Assembly (NCBI GenBank): GCA_963514005.1
Contig: OY740795.1
Span: forward strand, 46,252,001-46,316,000
From: Raja brachyura
Taxonomy: Eukaryota
Direction of reading: 5' to 3'
DNA length: 64,000 nt
In this document: positions 39,201 through 53,053 of the stretch, piece after piece
How the letters are laid out: every line of letters begins with the position of its first letter
How positions within the stretch are numbered: position 1 is the first letter of the stretch
Notes under the pieces: generated by a model
Database searches by the model: none
Seen by the model: only the letters and a program-made list of their open reading frames with translations
What the model was told of the DNA's origin: nothing
Translations under genes and position numbers: made by a program

Positions 39201-39486
39201 ATTAAAACATGGCTAGATTTTGAAAAAAAAGGCTTAGGCCGTGAAACATCTTGGACTTCCTGCATCAAAGGAAGCCATTATATAAGCTGAAATCCATTTT
39301 CTTATTTCCAGTGGTGCTGGGGCACAACATTGATATAGTTATTTTGAATGAGGGATAGATTTAGTGGGAGGAGAAAAGCAACTGCTTTTCCCATTTCTGA
39401 TTGGTATCTGATGATACTTGCTGCATTAGTAATTACACTAGGAAACCAAATGAGAGCCCTTTCTTGTGATGTCTTTTCTCCAACTA

Positions 39487-39860
39487 ACATAAGATCATGT
39501 AGAATTAGGCCATTCGGCCCATCAAGTCTACTCTGCCATTCAATCATGGCTGATCTATCTCTCCCTCCTAACCCAATTCTCCTGCCTTCACCCCATAACT
39601 CCTGACACCCGTACTAATTAAGAACCTATCTATCTCTGCCTTAAATATATCCACCGACTTTGCCTCCACAGCATTCTGTGGCAAAGAATTCCACAGATTC
39701 ACCACCCTCTAACTGAAGAAATTCCTCTTCATTTCCTTCCTAAAAGAGCGTCCTTCAATTCTGAGGCTGTGACCTCTAGTCCTAGACTCTCCCATTAGTG
39801 GAAACATCCTCTCCACGTCCACCCCATCCAAGCCTTTCATTATTCTGTACATTTCAATGA
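39487..39860 (-). mobile_element. CR1 LINE 3' end
   Basis: Tail and ORF2 end similar to the other copies. Confidence 0.85.
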
Positions 39861-40468
39861 GGTAGGTGAGGTTCAACGTTTACATGACACAGTATTTTTT
39901 TTTGGTAAGGAGACAGATTAGAAACTAGATTGCTGCTCCTATTGTGGGGCAGTACCGTTGTGGATCAGAGGTTGAAACTGATAAAGAAAAATAAAATAGT
40001 CCATGAGAAAAATAACGAGATGCTGAAATTGTGAAATGAGAACAGGGAAAATATGGAAACGCTTAGCAGGTCAGGCAACATTTGTAGAAATAAAAACAGT
40101 GTTAAGGTTTCAGGTCAACGACCTTTCATTGGAATTCTGAATTACTTCACTTTGTAATGGAAATCTCCACTCTCAAAGATTACACTAAATGCTTAATATT
40201 GCTATTCTGAGGAAAGAGCATCTGAATTTACCCACCTGTTTTTCTCCATAAGAAAGTTTTAGTTCATGCAGGACCTTTTATGCTCTCAGGAAGTCCTTCA
40301 TATCCAATTAAGTACTTCATTGCTACCAAGTGATAACATGCAGCTGCCAATATGGCAATACCAGACTTCAACAAACAACTTCAGTTGCAAGAAAACAGTG
40401 TCTCCTTCCTGCGCTAGCTGAAACATTAGGGTCTAGTTATGAGCATACATTAATATCTAGCTGATGTT

Positions 40469-40894
40469 ACATAGAAACATAGAAAATAGGTGCAGGGGTA
40501 GGCCATTCGGCCCTTCGCGTCTGCACCGCCATTCAATATAGCTAATCATCCAACTCAGTATCCTGTACTGCCTTCTCTCCATACCCCCTGATCCCTTTAG
40601 CCAACAGGGCCACAACTAACTCCCTCTTAAATATAGCCAATGAACTGGCCTCAACTACCTCCTGTGGCAGAGAATTCCACAGATTCACCACTCTCTGTGT
40701 GAAAAATGATTTTCTCATCTCGGTCCTAAAAGACTTCCCCCTTATCCTTAAACTGTGACCCCTTGTTCTGGAGTTCCCCAACATCAGGAACAATCTTCCT
40801 GCATCTAGCCTGTCCAACCCCTTAAGAATGTTGTAAGTCTCTATAAGATCCCCCCTCAATCTTCTAAATTTCAGCGAGTACAAGCCGAGTCTAT
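40469..40894 (-). mobile_element. CR1 LINE 3' end (same subfamily as 8859-9207)
   Basis: FRRLRGDLIETYNILKGLDRLDAGRLF. Confidence 0.9.
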
Positions 40895-43649
40895 CATTAC
40901 ATTAGGATCATCAAGCTGAACACACTCAGAAACTGGTCAAGACTAGCTTGATATTCCGTGCATCAACATGAGTTTTCTTTCATTCAGAACAGAGCAGCAT
41001 TGAAGTCTGCAAATAAAAGTCTGTCATTGTCACTCGATTTGAACCCATAACTCAATCTTTGAGGAAGTTATTAATTGAGAGCCCAAGTTCTACCTGAGGA
41101 AAATACAAACTATTGGATATAAAGTGGAGGAACCTGGTTGTAAATAAGAATGAACAGTAGATTCCCCCTTGATGCAGTTCCCTGTCTATGATTTGAAATG
41201 ATGCAAGACTATCTGGTGGAGGGATGCCATCCACCTTAACTACATCAGGGATAATTGCCATCCACATCCAGCACCCCTTTTACAGACAGGAGACACATGC
41301 TTCTTCTTTGAGGACCTGTGCTTATATAGGCTTCGATTCACAAATGAAGACATCAGAGCTGTGCAAGCTTTCAACATACAATACAATTTCACCATAAGCC
41401 ATGCACCTCTTCATCACTTTATGCGTTGAGGTGCAACGCTGAACAATGAGCAGTGCAGAGCTGAAAAATAAATGAAGCAACTTATAGGGGCTTTACTTGT
41501 TTGCTTATGGTGAATAATCCTATACATTGATTCAGATAACCAACAATGTGAAAGGCTCTTGGTACAGATACATTGTCCGATATGCACCATTACACAGTCT
41601 ACCACATGAAAGAATTATAGATAACTCCATTTGCTGATTGTACAGCACACCTGTGATCATCAATATCACAAAGTTTTTAAACATTTCCTTTCACACAAGT
41701 CATTCTCCCGTAACTTTACAGCTGTATCCTCCCATTAGGGGTAAAGCTGAAAATCACGTTTCTGAGTGCCAGCTGAGTAATTAAACATAATTTGAAACCA
41801 TAACTTATCACCATTCAATAGTTTCCTTATATTCCGCTAAATATTTACTTTGTATAAATATACTCTGCAAATGAAACAGGGTTATTGTTGAGTGCACTAT
41901 TGATGTGCAGAAGAAATATATTAGGCAGCTGGATGGACCTAACCATCTCTATAGTACATTCTGATCGTATTATTATGTGCTGTGCTAATATTCTCTCTGC
42001 CAAGAGTCACCATTACAGATATTTAAAGATGTACATCAAGAGGATCACTGCAAATCTTAGCGACATGGGGAGAGTACAAGAGTAAATCCTTTGCTGGCAA
42101 CTCCTTTCTGCTCATCTGCGAGAGATACCTCTTACAGACCTTTGTGGGTTAACTTTCCCAACCTGCATGGATCTTTTCAGCTTCAAATCCCTTCAGTCTT
42201 CAAAAAAACTCACAAAGCTGCTGCTGAAATTTGCTCCCATTTTTTGCCAAGAAAACAGAATTCAATAGGAAGAACTGTAGTGGTACCATATATTGCAGTA
42301 TCTAGCAGTTATGGATCTGTCGATGCGTCTGGAGTTTGGAATGGCAGCCAGGATGTACTTTTTGCAGCATTTCTGCTATTGCTTGGTATGCCACAGCTTG
42401 GATATTTTCTAGTATCCTTGTAGGCATTGCAGTGGGCTGGTGTTAGAGTCTGGAGGAGTTGCCATATTGAATAACAACTGTTTCATTCAGTGACACCAAT
42501 TATGTCACATTGCACCATCTTCCACGCAATCCGGGAAATAGATGAAGCATTTTCAAGGTGACACATCAACTGAGTCTTAACATTCACCGGGTGTTTCTAC
42601 ACTCCAGAACTGCTGTGTCAATTGCAGGAATCACGCATGCAGTTGGGTGGCTTTGTCCCATTGTCTGCCATGACTTCAGGTGGCAATTCCTGCAAACTGT
42701 ATTGGGCTACAAAAAGTATAGATTTCCATGTTATTCCACCTGCTCAACTGATGTTACGCAGAACAGTGAGAAAAATCCTCATTCATGCAGGGAGTTCAGT
42801 ATATGGCATGTAAAATGCATAAGGAACAGAAAAATAGTGGATGCGTGGTTGAAAGTCATTAGATCCCGACAACACTCAAAACAAAAATAGTGTGAATAAT
42901 TGTTCAGTTTTGTGTTTAATAATTTTCTAACTTTATGGATTCAGTTCTCCCAAACAATGATACACAAACATTTAAGGCAACAGCTCCGCTCATTTGGTCA
43001 TACACTCTCTGATTTACTACATTGCTGATAATTCAAAGGGTCACATCACAGTGATAGCAAGAAGGTACATTGTGAGTACTGTCATGTGTCTGATCTTGAA
43101 TCAAAGCCCCTTGTTTGCTTGGCTAGAACCCATGACAGAAATTTGAGGAAATCTAACAACTCTAGTGCACAATTCCTCTTTCAACAAAGACCATCAATAA
43201 TGGGTTATAGACTGTAATCAGTACTGCACTCAATGAATATTTACTGGGGAGCTTTTCTGTGGAACAGTTCAATTAGTCTTCAAGTACCTACCAAGTTTCC
43301 CCTTTGAAAGCTCAATTTAACTATGTCACCACTCTTTAGGCAGTGGTTCCGGACTCATCACTGCTCTGTTTGTGAAAAAAAAATCCAAACACCCCACCCT
43401 CTAACTTTTGCCCTTCACCATATTAATGTGCGCTGCCCTTGTCATCTCCTAGTGGGAACAACTTCCCTCAGCTTACCCCATCTAAACCAACATGCTTCTC
43501 TATACCTGTCAAATCTTATCTCAACCATCTTTGCTTCTCAGCAAAAAAAAATATTTTCTCCAATCTAGTGTTGACCCAAATAATCTGTTATACCTATTTC
43601 TCTTTATATTTTCAGAAATCTTACATTGTCCATGATAGCAAAATAGTAA

Positions 43650-43775
<126 letters not shown>

Positions 43776-44282
43776 TAAGTAAAATCAAATTTCCCCCACA
43801 TGGCATCTATTGATAGATTGTAACTAATTGGGTTGAAATACAGGCTGTGCTGTCCACTGACTTTTCTCAGTTTTGATGAAAGATCATTAACCTGAAATTT
43901 TTATTATACCTCTCTCCCCACAGAAGCTGTCTGTTGTACAGAGTATTTACAGAATTATCAGTTTTCTTTTATTTGGATTTCCAGCCTTTGAAGTTTTTGC
44001 TTCTTAATTAGGATAAATTATGACACTAATAGTGAAATCTATCTGCAGTGCATTTGAAACAATCATCAATCTACATTTTTGCTGAATTGAAATTAGTCAT
44101 GAAACTACCCAAGAAAACAGAGCTTTTCCTGCTGCCCAGCAAGAGATTTCATTTTCATACAAATGAAGTAGATGCTCATATTCTCAGATCAAAATGTGCC
44201 TATTAATCCATTGTAGACAACATGGGCATTTTAATTGCATAAGTACATGCAAATGAAGCATGGAAATCATGAAAACCAACAG

Positions 44283-44931
44283 CATAGAGTCATAGATTAA
44301 AACAGTCTGGAAAAATGCCCTCAGTCCAACTCGCCCGCACTGGCCAACAATGTCCCAGCTACCCCAGTCCCACTTGCCTGCACTTGGTCCATCCCCCTCC
44401 AAACCTGTCCTATCCATGTACCTGTCCAACTATTTCTTAAATGGTGGGATAGTCCCAGCCTCAACAACCTCCTCTGGCAGCTTGATCCATAAACCCACCA
44501 CCCTCTGTGTGAAAAAGTTACCTCTCGGATTCCTATTAACTCTTTTCCCCTTCACCTTAAACCTATGTCCTCTGGTCCTCAATTTCCCTACTCTGGGTAA
44601 AAGACTCTGTGCACCTACCCAATCTATTCCACTCATGATTTTGTATGCCACTATAACATCTCCCCTCATCCTCCTGCGCTCCATGGAATAGAGACACAGC
44701 CTACTCAACCTCTCCCTATAGCTCACACCCTCTGGTCCTGGCAACATCCTCGTAAATCTTTTCTGAACCCTTTCAAGCTTGACAATATCTTTCCTATAAC
44801 ATGGTGCCCAGAACTGAACACAATATTCTAAATGTGGTCTCACCAACGTCTAATACAACTGCAACATGACCTCCCAACTTCTATACTCAATACTCTGACT
44901 GATGAAGGCCAAAGTGCTAAAAGCCTTTTTG
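44283..44931 (-). mobile_element. CR1 LINE 3' end
   Basis: VRPHLEYCVQFWAP...LERVQKRFTRM. Confidence 0.9.
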
Positions 44932-46719
44932 AGCAGCTGTAAAGATTTAACCAGCAATGTTGGGTTTAACTTATCGGCAATTCATACCAATGCTGAAAGC
45001 ATTAACAAAATAATTTGTGTTCAGCACTGCCTCTCCCCCAGACTTGTCAATGCATGCTAGAGCTGCATTGCTGTGGGATAGCATAATGGGAGACAGGACA
45101 CTTCCTCAGAACGAACAGTATTTTTACTCTAACATTGCGACACAAGTCAGCTACAGATCATTGAAAGCAGAGTGATCAAAGTATGTCAAGAAGCCTGGAG
45201 ACAAATGACTAGCAGCAGTAGAAATGTCTTTGCTTGTATTATTAACTTTTTCTCAGTCTACTCAATTGTGGCATGATCTTCTGCATTACAAATATCCTTC
45301 CTACTCGATTATTTAATGGTACTCAACAAAACAGTTAGAGTTTTGGTTCTCTGCAGCTTATACCGGCAGTGGTTCAATTCACTTGTGTGCTCGAAGGATA
45401 AGGATCCTTTTCTTGAAGCTAACAGCGACAAAGGTTGAAGTGCTAAAATGTTTGCCAGTGTTGACGTTAACTTGAACTGGCGTCAGATCGGTCTGATGGT
45501 TTCCCTGATTTCAACAATGTTGTCATTTCCTCTGTTGTTTGCTTTTGGCACTGGATACCTTTGTGCCAGGAATTGCTTAGCTGTATTCCAGCAATGCACA
45601 ATGTACTCTTCTGTGTAAATTTAGATCTGCCCTGCAGCTCCAAATGGCAAAAAGTTTCTGATTTTTGCATTATCTGAGATAGCAGTGTGAGTGTTTTCTA
45701 TTTCAATTTCCTAAAACCTGGAAGCAATTTTCTTGAAATGTCACATTTCATAAACATTTGTTTCCAGCAATGCATTCTACTGCCAAAGTTCAATAACCTG
45801 GCATCTGATTATTTGGTAATCCTAATGCTTCGGCATCTAGCTCACTCATTATCCCAGATCGTGAACCAAAGTTCCAGAGTGCCAGCAGGATAAGTGGTCA
45901 GTACCAGGACTGTGGGTTCTAGAGCTGGGATCATCTCGTATCAGGGACATGAGTAGATTTGCAGCCAGCGCTGGGGTCTGGAGTGCTTGTAAATTTTGGT
46001 CTATTTTGACTGGTCAAAGCATGCAAGCTGAAAGGGCCTTTAAGGTTCATAGGGTTCTTTTTCCCTCTTCTTTTCAATAAATTCACCAATAAATTTATTA
46101 CCCTACTGTTTATCATGTAAGCGAGATTAAAGTGTATTTGGTTATTAAAAGAAGTATATGAAATTATGCAAAACCCGCTAGTCCAACACACACAAGAACC
46201 CGAGACCACCAGTTATCCGAGATTTATTGCAGGTACTTGTATCTATGATGTTCCTGACTTAGCTTGCTCATATTTGTTCTCCAACTATTTGCCATACGTA
46301 TCTCAGTACTTCAATAACAGGCTTGCAGCTGGGAGTGCTAATTTTTGGATTGTAAAAGATTCAATGTTTCCATGAAAATATTTCATCACTCAGGAAGGGT
46401 AAATAATGACCTTGGTCTGCAATGCTTTTCCTGAACAACAGCTGCACATAGTCTTTGAATTTTCCAATGTTAGATGCTTTTCCTCATCACTGCTGCAATG
46501 TTTTTGTACTCTGTCATTATTAACATTTTTACGTTATAATTAACATCCAGTAATGAACAAAATATAAATTTCTTATTTTCAAACAGATGTTGTAATTCCA
46601 CACTTTACCACTTTATATTTATTGATATTGGAATTGAAGTAACAGTAAAGTCACCTTGAAAATCTAGCCTGTAAAATGTTGTACTGAAAATGTCCAATGT
46701 CCTATGTTTACCAAAGTGA

Positions 46720-47660
46720 AGATTGTCACATTTAAGCACCTTACATTGTTCTGAATTAAGCTTCATCTGCTTTTGCTCAGCCCAATGGCCCATTTGATCA
46801 CAGTCCCATTGTAGTCTTGGAGTAACTTTCTTCACTATCCACTATATCACCAACTTTGGGCACACATGCAAAGTTAGTAAACAGATCATTTACATTCAAA
46901 TCTCAAGTGTCAATATAAATAACAAACAATCATGGACCCAGAGCTGATGTCTGCGGCATGCCGCTCATTACAGGCCACCAGTCTGAAAAACAACCCTCTA
47001 CCATCACGGATAGACACAAAATACTGGAACAACTCAGCGGGTCAGGCAACATCTCTGGAGAAAATGGATAGATGGTGTTTTGAGTTGGGTCCCATCTTCA
47101 AACTCTGATGTTTCTCAATACAAAATGTAATTGATCCATTTTCTCCAGAGAAGCTGCCCAACCAGTTGGAGTTACTCCAGCATTTTATGTCTACCTGTGG
47201 TATAAACCAGCATCTGCAGTTTATTTTTATTACCTCTCCCATCACAGTCTATCTTCTACTTTAAAGCCCATTTTGTAGCCAGTTGGCTAGCTCGCACTGG
47301 ATCTTATATAATCTCAACTTCCAGGCCCACCTATCATGTAGTGCCTTGTCAAAGGCCTTGCTAAAGTCCATGTAGACAATGTCTGCTACACTATTCTCAT
47401 CAATCTTCTTCTCATCTCTTCAAAAATGTTTTAAAACTTCCCATTTACAAGAAGTACCTTTATCTGCAAACCTCCTCACCCAATCAACTTCTGAAAAGTT
47501 TATGGCGAATACCATCAGAATTGGACTTGCCCAGTTTTGGGACCTCAACTTTTGGACCAGTCTTATCCATTCCACAATTATTTGAAAATTAAAGGAATTA
47601 TGGTTACCGATTCCAAAGTGCTCCCCTATTAACAGTTCAATCAGCCGGCCTCTTAATTTC
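46720..47660 (-). mobile_element. Old CR1 RT fragment
   Basis: LQWDCDQMGHWAEQKQMKLNSEQCKVL; VYMDFSKAFDK motif near 47340-47380. Confidence 0.65.
47008..47232. mobile_element. Fold-back Penelope-terminus element nested in an old CR1
   Basis: TSD CCTCT(A/C)CCATCAC (46995-47007/47233-47245). Confidence 0.75.
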
Positions 47661-47667
47661 CCAAGAG

Positions 47668-47958
47668 GTTGAAGAATAAGGGGTAAGCCATTTAGAACGG
47701 AGACAAGGACACACTTTTTCTCACAAAGAGTTGTGAGTGTGTGGAATTCTCTGTCTCAGAGGGCGGTGGAGGCAGGTTCGCTGGATGCTTTCAAGAGAGA
47801 GCTGGATAGGGCTCTTAAAGATAGCGGAGTCAGGGGATATGGGGAAAAGGCAGGAACGGGGTACTGATAGGGGATGATCAGCCATGGTCACATTGAATGG
47901 CGGTGCTGGCTCAAAGGGCCGAATGGCCTACTCCTGCACCTATTGTCTATTGTCTATT
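47668..47958 (+). mobile_element. CR1 LINE 3' end (same subfamily as 17983-18359)
   Basis: Near-identical to the reverse complement of 17983-18280. Confidence 0.88.
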
Positions 47959-48943
47959 GAACTTTGTCCCTTCTCTAATAAGGCAATAATTGAGAACCTT
48001 TGTCTGAATACACTTAACAAATTCCACCCAACCCAAGCCCTTAGCATTGCATGGTAGTCCTATATTTTCAATATTTGGAATAGCTTAAATTCCCCACTAT
48101 TACACCCCTTTTATTCTTGCAGCATCTGTGATTTCCCTACTCCTTATTGTTCTATCTGAGGGGTAATTTTTTACACGAACGTTAGGTGTTATTTAACATG
48201 AGCTATTGGAGGAGATGTTGGAGACAGGAATAGTCATGACATTTAGGAGGGAAGTACTTGCATAACTAAGGCATAGCGGGACATGGAATGAATGTGGACA
48301 GGCTGGATTAGCATAGATAGACATGATGGTCGTCATAGACACTGTAGACTGGAGGTACTGTTTTCATGCTGCACAACTGACTCCATGATTGTAACCTACT
48401 GTAATTGAAACATTTTTTACAACCATGAACAAATGCCAACTGGCTTCTGACTATGACATGTCGCATAAATTAATGATGGAAGGATTACATTATTACTAGG
48501 AAAACACTTAACTGGTTTCTATTTTTAGTTCCCTAATTTATACAGTCATAGTCTACTTCCACTGTGCAAGTGACAAGGTCAATATGCACAGAACTAATAA
48601 TTGTAAGAAGTCTTTCATGAGTTCATGCAAAACATAATATAAATTGCCACAATTTTCAACACTAAAGCTTTACAAAGAAAACATGCTAAACATTAGGAAA
48701 CAAAAGGATATCGCAGAGACCAAAACGGAAAACGAGAAAGAAGAATAGATAACTAAAAATTATCTTTAAATAATGGAGCAGAAATTTATATATTTAATTG
48801 AAAGAAACAGTCAAACTATAAAGACCTGTTTGTTGAAAAGGCAGTGTTATGTAACATATATGTACAATGCATGCTTTGTGTATATATTACTATTTCCAAT
48901 ATTACCTCACAACAGTCTAACATATCCTGTGATGTCTTCTCAG

Positions 48944-49128
48944 GCAACTTGGAGATAACCTCATTGTTCCTGGAGGTGTAAAGATAATTGAAGCCAATGG
49001 ACAGATGGTCATACCTGGTGGCATTGATGTCCACACTCATCTGCAGATGCCATGCATGGGCATGAACAGTGCTGATGACTTCTATCAAGGAACCAAAGCG
49101 GCACTGGCAGGAGGAACCACTATGATAA
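48944..49128 (+). CDS. DPYSL4: Exon 3 (185 nt) [11 protein letters not shown]...DVHTHLQMP...GGTTMI
   Basis: ttctcag acceptor, GTAAGA donor, amidohydrolase-fold motif PGGIDVHTH. Confidence 0.95.
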
Positions 49129-49331
49129 GTAAGAAATGCGTGTTCTGTTTCCCTTATTTCAGATCCAGAAATAAGTTAAAATGGCCAATTTATGTAAACT
49201 TATGGCACTTTAAATAATTCAATGTAAGGGTCATATTATTAAATTCACTGATGTGAATTCACTCAAGTGATATGAGAAATAACAGAAATACCCAGTAAAG
49301 ACAAATGATTCTGCATTTTATTTATATATAT

Positions 49332-49366
<35 letters not shown>

Positions 49367-50320
49367 CTAGACCAAGTGGGACCCGTTGGGTCCCGTCCCC
49401 TTAACGTGAAATTGCGGGGTGGGGGGGGGGGGGGGGGGGTGGTGGCCATTGGCGTCACACACACACACTAACCCACCCCTTGATATTATATTATTATTCA
49501 TTCGCTCCTTTTACTCCATCCCCCGCCCTATCCACTCATGCATAAACCCCAACTGCGCAGGCGCAGCTAGAGGGGGGGAGGGGGGTTAGAGAGGGAGAGA
49601 GAGGGGAGTAGTGATTGAGGGCTGTGCTGCATCACAGGGGAGGGCTGGTTCCCGAATGCAATCACCAGAGGGGGGGGGGAGCAGAGAGGGAGAGGGGCAG
49701 AGAGGGAGGGAGGGAAAAAAGGGAGGGGGGGCAGAAAGGGAGGGGGCAGAGAAGGAGGGGGTAGAGAGGGGGGGGGTAGAGAGGGAGTGTGACGGAGACG
49801 GGGTAGAGGGAGGGTGAGGGGGTAATGACCATTGAGAAAGTTCTGGAAAAGCAATCCAGGAAGTTTGGGAGTGCTCGTGACATCGGAAGCACTCGTGAGC
49901 CCTTGGAAGCGCTCGGGAGCTGCAGTACAAAGCCCACTTGCTCGTTCTTTCTGCATCTTTTGAAGAACAGGGGGGAGGGGAGGAGGGAGGGGGAGGGGGG
50001 TGACGTCCATCGCTGCGGGTGGAACATAGGGCAGCAGGCTGCGAGGAGCAGAGCCATTGTGACGTAATCAAAAAATTGAATTTTTTGAACATTTTCATAA
50101 TTAACTCGAGAAATAATGCATCAAATTCTCTGATAAGGCGATTTTTGACCATGGCATAAATCTCTATTGGAATATGTAAATAATTCACCATTAGCGTGTC
50201 GTGTTTTCGAGGAGATGTGAAACGCATACGAACATCACACACACACACACGCACGCATGCATGCACACACATACATGCACATAAATACACATCCAAGATC
50301 AGACTTTTAATATTATAAGA
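49367..50320 (-). mobile_element. Non-autonomous Helitron in intron 3
   Basis: Minus strand starts a|TCTTATAATATTAAAAG and ends CTAG|t; subterminal hairpin GGGACCC-AAC-GGGTCCC (49378-49394); inserted at AT within a (TA)n tract. Confidence 0.85.
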
Positions 50321-50969
50321 TATATATCAGCATTTAAGGATGGAATAGTTCAGTTATGATAAACTGATGAGCTACCTTCTGGCTGACATAGATACCCTTA
50401 AGTACATTGTTGAATTCTCTTGCTCACACATGTTTTCCTATTTCCAGACAAAAAAGCAATGTTATCCGCCATTAATAACCCAAGAGTGGGCAAGGTAGAT
50501 ATACTGTCAAATTAGCATTGTCACTCCAGCAGCTGTGATCATTACACTAAGTTGAGCACTTGCCTGTTTTTACGAGCTTTGCCTTTTCAATCTGATTGTC
50601 TGTGGAGCACAAAGCCACCTATTATTTCCAAACAGCCCCCTTTCAACATGCACATTAGGATCATTTTACAGGAGACCTGGTCACAGTGAGCGCTTGCATG
50701 CCAGTGATAAAATTCACAGAGAAGACTCACCCAAATATTAACTGCCTCTTTACACCACACATGGACTGGGTGGCCAAACATTAACCACAGTATGGATTTC
50801 CTTTTGGAGCAGACAATCCCAATTTCCATTACAAAATAGCTCTTACGTTGGAATGCTAGGCATTGAAAGGAAGAGGATAAAAAGGGAAAATTGCGAATGT
50901 GAAAGATTTTTTTAAAGCCGGAATGGACGTCTAACTGCATACATAATTTGTCTTTGTTGAACATCATAG

Positions 50970-51140
50970 TGGATCATGTCCTTTCCGAACCCGAACCTGG
51001 ATCCAGCCTTATCTCTGCCTATGAACAATGGAGAGAATGGGCTGACAGCAAGTCCTGTTGTGACTATTCTTTACATGTCGATATTACACGTTGGCATGAA
51101 GGCCTGCGCGAAGAGATGGAAACTTTGGTCAAAGACAAAG
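50970..51140 (+). CDS. DPYSL4: Exon 4 (171 nt) [43 protein letters not shown]...KDK
   Basis: catag acceptor, GTAAAT donor; AYEQWRE and DITRWHE are CRMP3-like. Confidence 0.93.
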
Positions 51141-51670
51141 GTAAATAGTAAAATTTTAAGTGGCTTCTAGGGTGGAGGTCGATCGATCTGTTGTTCATCA
51201 GATGTTCTCGACATTTGACTTCTTACAAGACACACCTCCAAGGTGAAGTTCACGATTTGATAGTGTTTGGAGCACTTACTATTTCCAAACAACCACTGTT
51301 ATTCTGGTAAATAAAAGCTAGATAATGACGTTTTAAATTGTTGTGGTGACAACTGTGTATCCCATGACAGATAATCTAGACTCTAATCCCTTTAGTGATA
51401 AACGTATGCAGGGAAGAAATATACCATGTGATTGCCTTGTGGTCTAGTTAGTTCTGAAAAGGACCAGCTCAATTTTCCATCCATCTCCACCCATTGGGGC
51501 TATTTTACCCCCCACCCATGTTTTGATATTTGTTTGAATTTAATAGATCATGTGGCAAAAAAAAGAAATATGTGCCCATTGACGCTGCATTGAAAATATG
51601 TAAATTAAATGACTGGAGGCAGAATTCTAAGAATATCTAAGCATGATTTAGCTTTCTTGACAAATGGTAC

Positions 51671-51746
51671 GTAGACACTAAATGCTGGAGTAACTCAGCG
51701 GGAGAGAAGGAATGGGTGACGTTTCGGGTCGACACCCTTCCTCAGA
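51671..51746 (-). mobile_element. Penelope-terminus element with intact hammerhead-like core (antisense to the gene)
   Basis: Minus strand CTGAGGA-AGGGTGTCGACCC-GAAAC-GTC (51718-51745). Confidence 0.75.
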
Positions 51747-52251
51747 AGGTACATTTGTTAGACCTGTTCCTTTAACGTTTGCAGAACTGTAACAGAAGCA
51801 TACAGCAACGTGATGGTGATGCTAGTAGCAGAGTGGGCCAGCAGATGCAGCAAGCTGCTGTCCCCCAGCTCATGTGTAGCACCACACATGTATCTTGCCA
51901 ATGATAAAAAAGGAAAATAACATGTGGTGGAAATTTTAATTATTCATGAACTGTTCCACGATTCTAAAGCATCAATATTTATCAAGGTTGTTTGTGGCAC
52001 TATGTTTGAGGGCACATCATTCCTTTGGGAGAAATGTTTCTTTAAAACTTTTGTTGATACTCTTTGGTGAATCCCAATACTTTGCTCCGTGGCCTGCACA
52101 CAATTTTTAAATGAAAGTAAACTGAATTAAATGAAGCACCGTTGTTAAACGTTTTAAGATACATTTTCGGTATGAACTGTTGCAGATGCGAAGTTTGAGC
52201 TTGCAGCACTCGGCACAATATGTATTTATTTTTTCTGTTTTGGTCAACTAG

Positions 52252-52313
52252 GTGTGAACTCCTTTCTTGTGTTCATGGCCTACAAGGACAAATATCAGTG
52301 CAGTGACGCACAG
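52252..52313 (+). CDS. DPYSL4: Exon 5 (62 nt) GVNSFLVFMAYKDKYQCSDAQ
   Basis: AG/GT boundaries in phase; VFMAYKD..QCSD is CRMP3-like. Confidence 0.95.
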
Positions 52314-52404
52314 GTAATAATCATGGATAATGGATTAACTATACTTGTTTGACTATACCTCCTGAAGCACAGATGTTAATAGTGTGCCCTTTTTCCACTG
52401 GCAG

Positions 52405-52485
52405 ATATATGACATCTTCAGCATCATCCGAGAACTGGGTGCTATAGCACAGGTGCATGCTGAGAATGGAGACATCATTCAGGAG
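52405..52485 (+). CDS. DPYSL4: Exon 6 (81 nt) [27 protein letters not shown]
   Basis: AG/GT boundaries; VHAENGD motif; preceded by a 91-nt intron. Confidence 0.95.
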
Positions 52486-52756
52486 GTAACATTTGGCTTT
52501 GATAATGTGTCTGAAGCTGAGCTATTTAAAGATGGTGAAAGTGGCACATGCAGTTTTCATAACTCAAGGAAATAAATGCTATTTCAATATACACCGTAAT
52601 ATAACTATGGCCTAATTTATTTTACCCCAACTTCCCAGCCCCAAACATACATTATTAGACAACAGTAAAACCACATGCTTTCATGGTTCGGTTTTAGTAT
52701 GTCACAGTATAGACTAGAAAAGGTCGAAATAGCTTCATATCACCGCACTAAGTCAC

Positions 52757-53053
52757 CATGTTTCCATTAGTGGGAGAGTCCAGGACTAGAGGTCATAGCC
52801 TCAGAATTAAAGGACATTCTTTTAGGAAGGAGATGAGGTGATTTTTTTTTTAGTCAGAGTGTGGTAATTCTTCACCACAAAAGGCTGTAGAGGCTAAGTC
52901 AATGGATATTTTTAAGGCAGAGGTAGATAGATTCTTGATTAGCACAGGTGTTAGCGGTTATATGGAGAAGGCAGGAGAATGGGGTTAGGAGGGAGAGATA
53001 GATCAGCTATGATTGAATGGCGGACCTGATGGGCCGAATAGCCTAATTCTACT
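52757..53053 (+). mobile_element. CR1 LINE 3' end
   Basis: Same subfamily as 39487-39860. Confidence 0.8.

Noticed and set aside
49567-50296. Long Pro/Ser-rich minus-strand ORFs (147-236 aa)
   Set aside because: Low-complexity C-rich strand of the Helitron interior lacks stop codons; no Rep/helicase motifs
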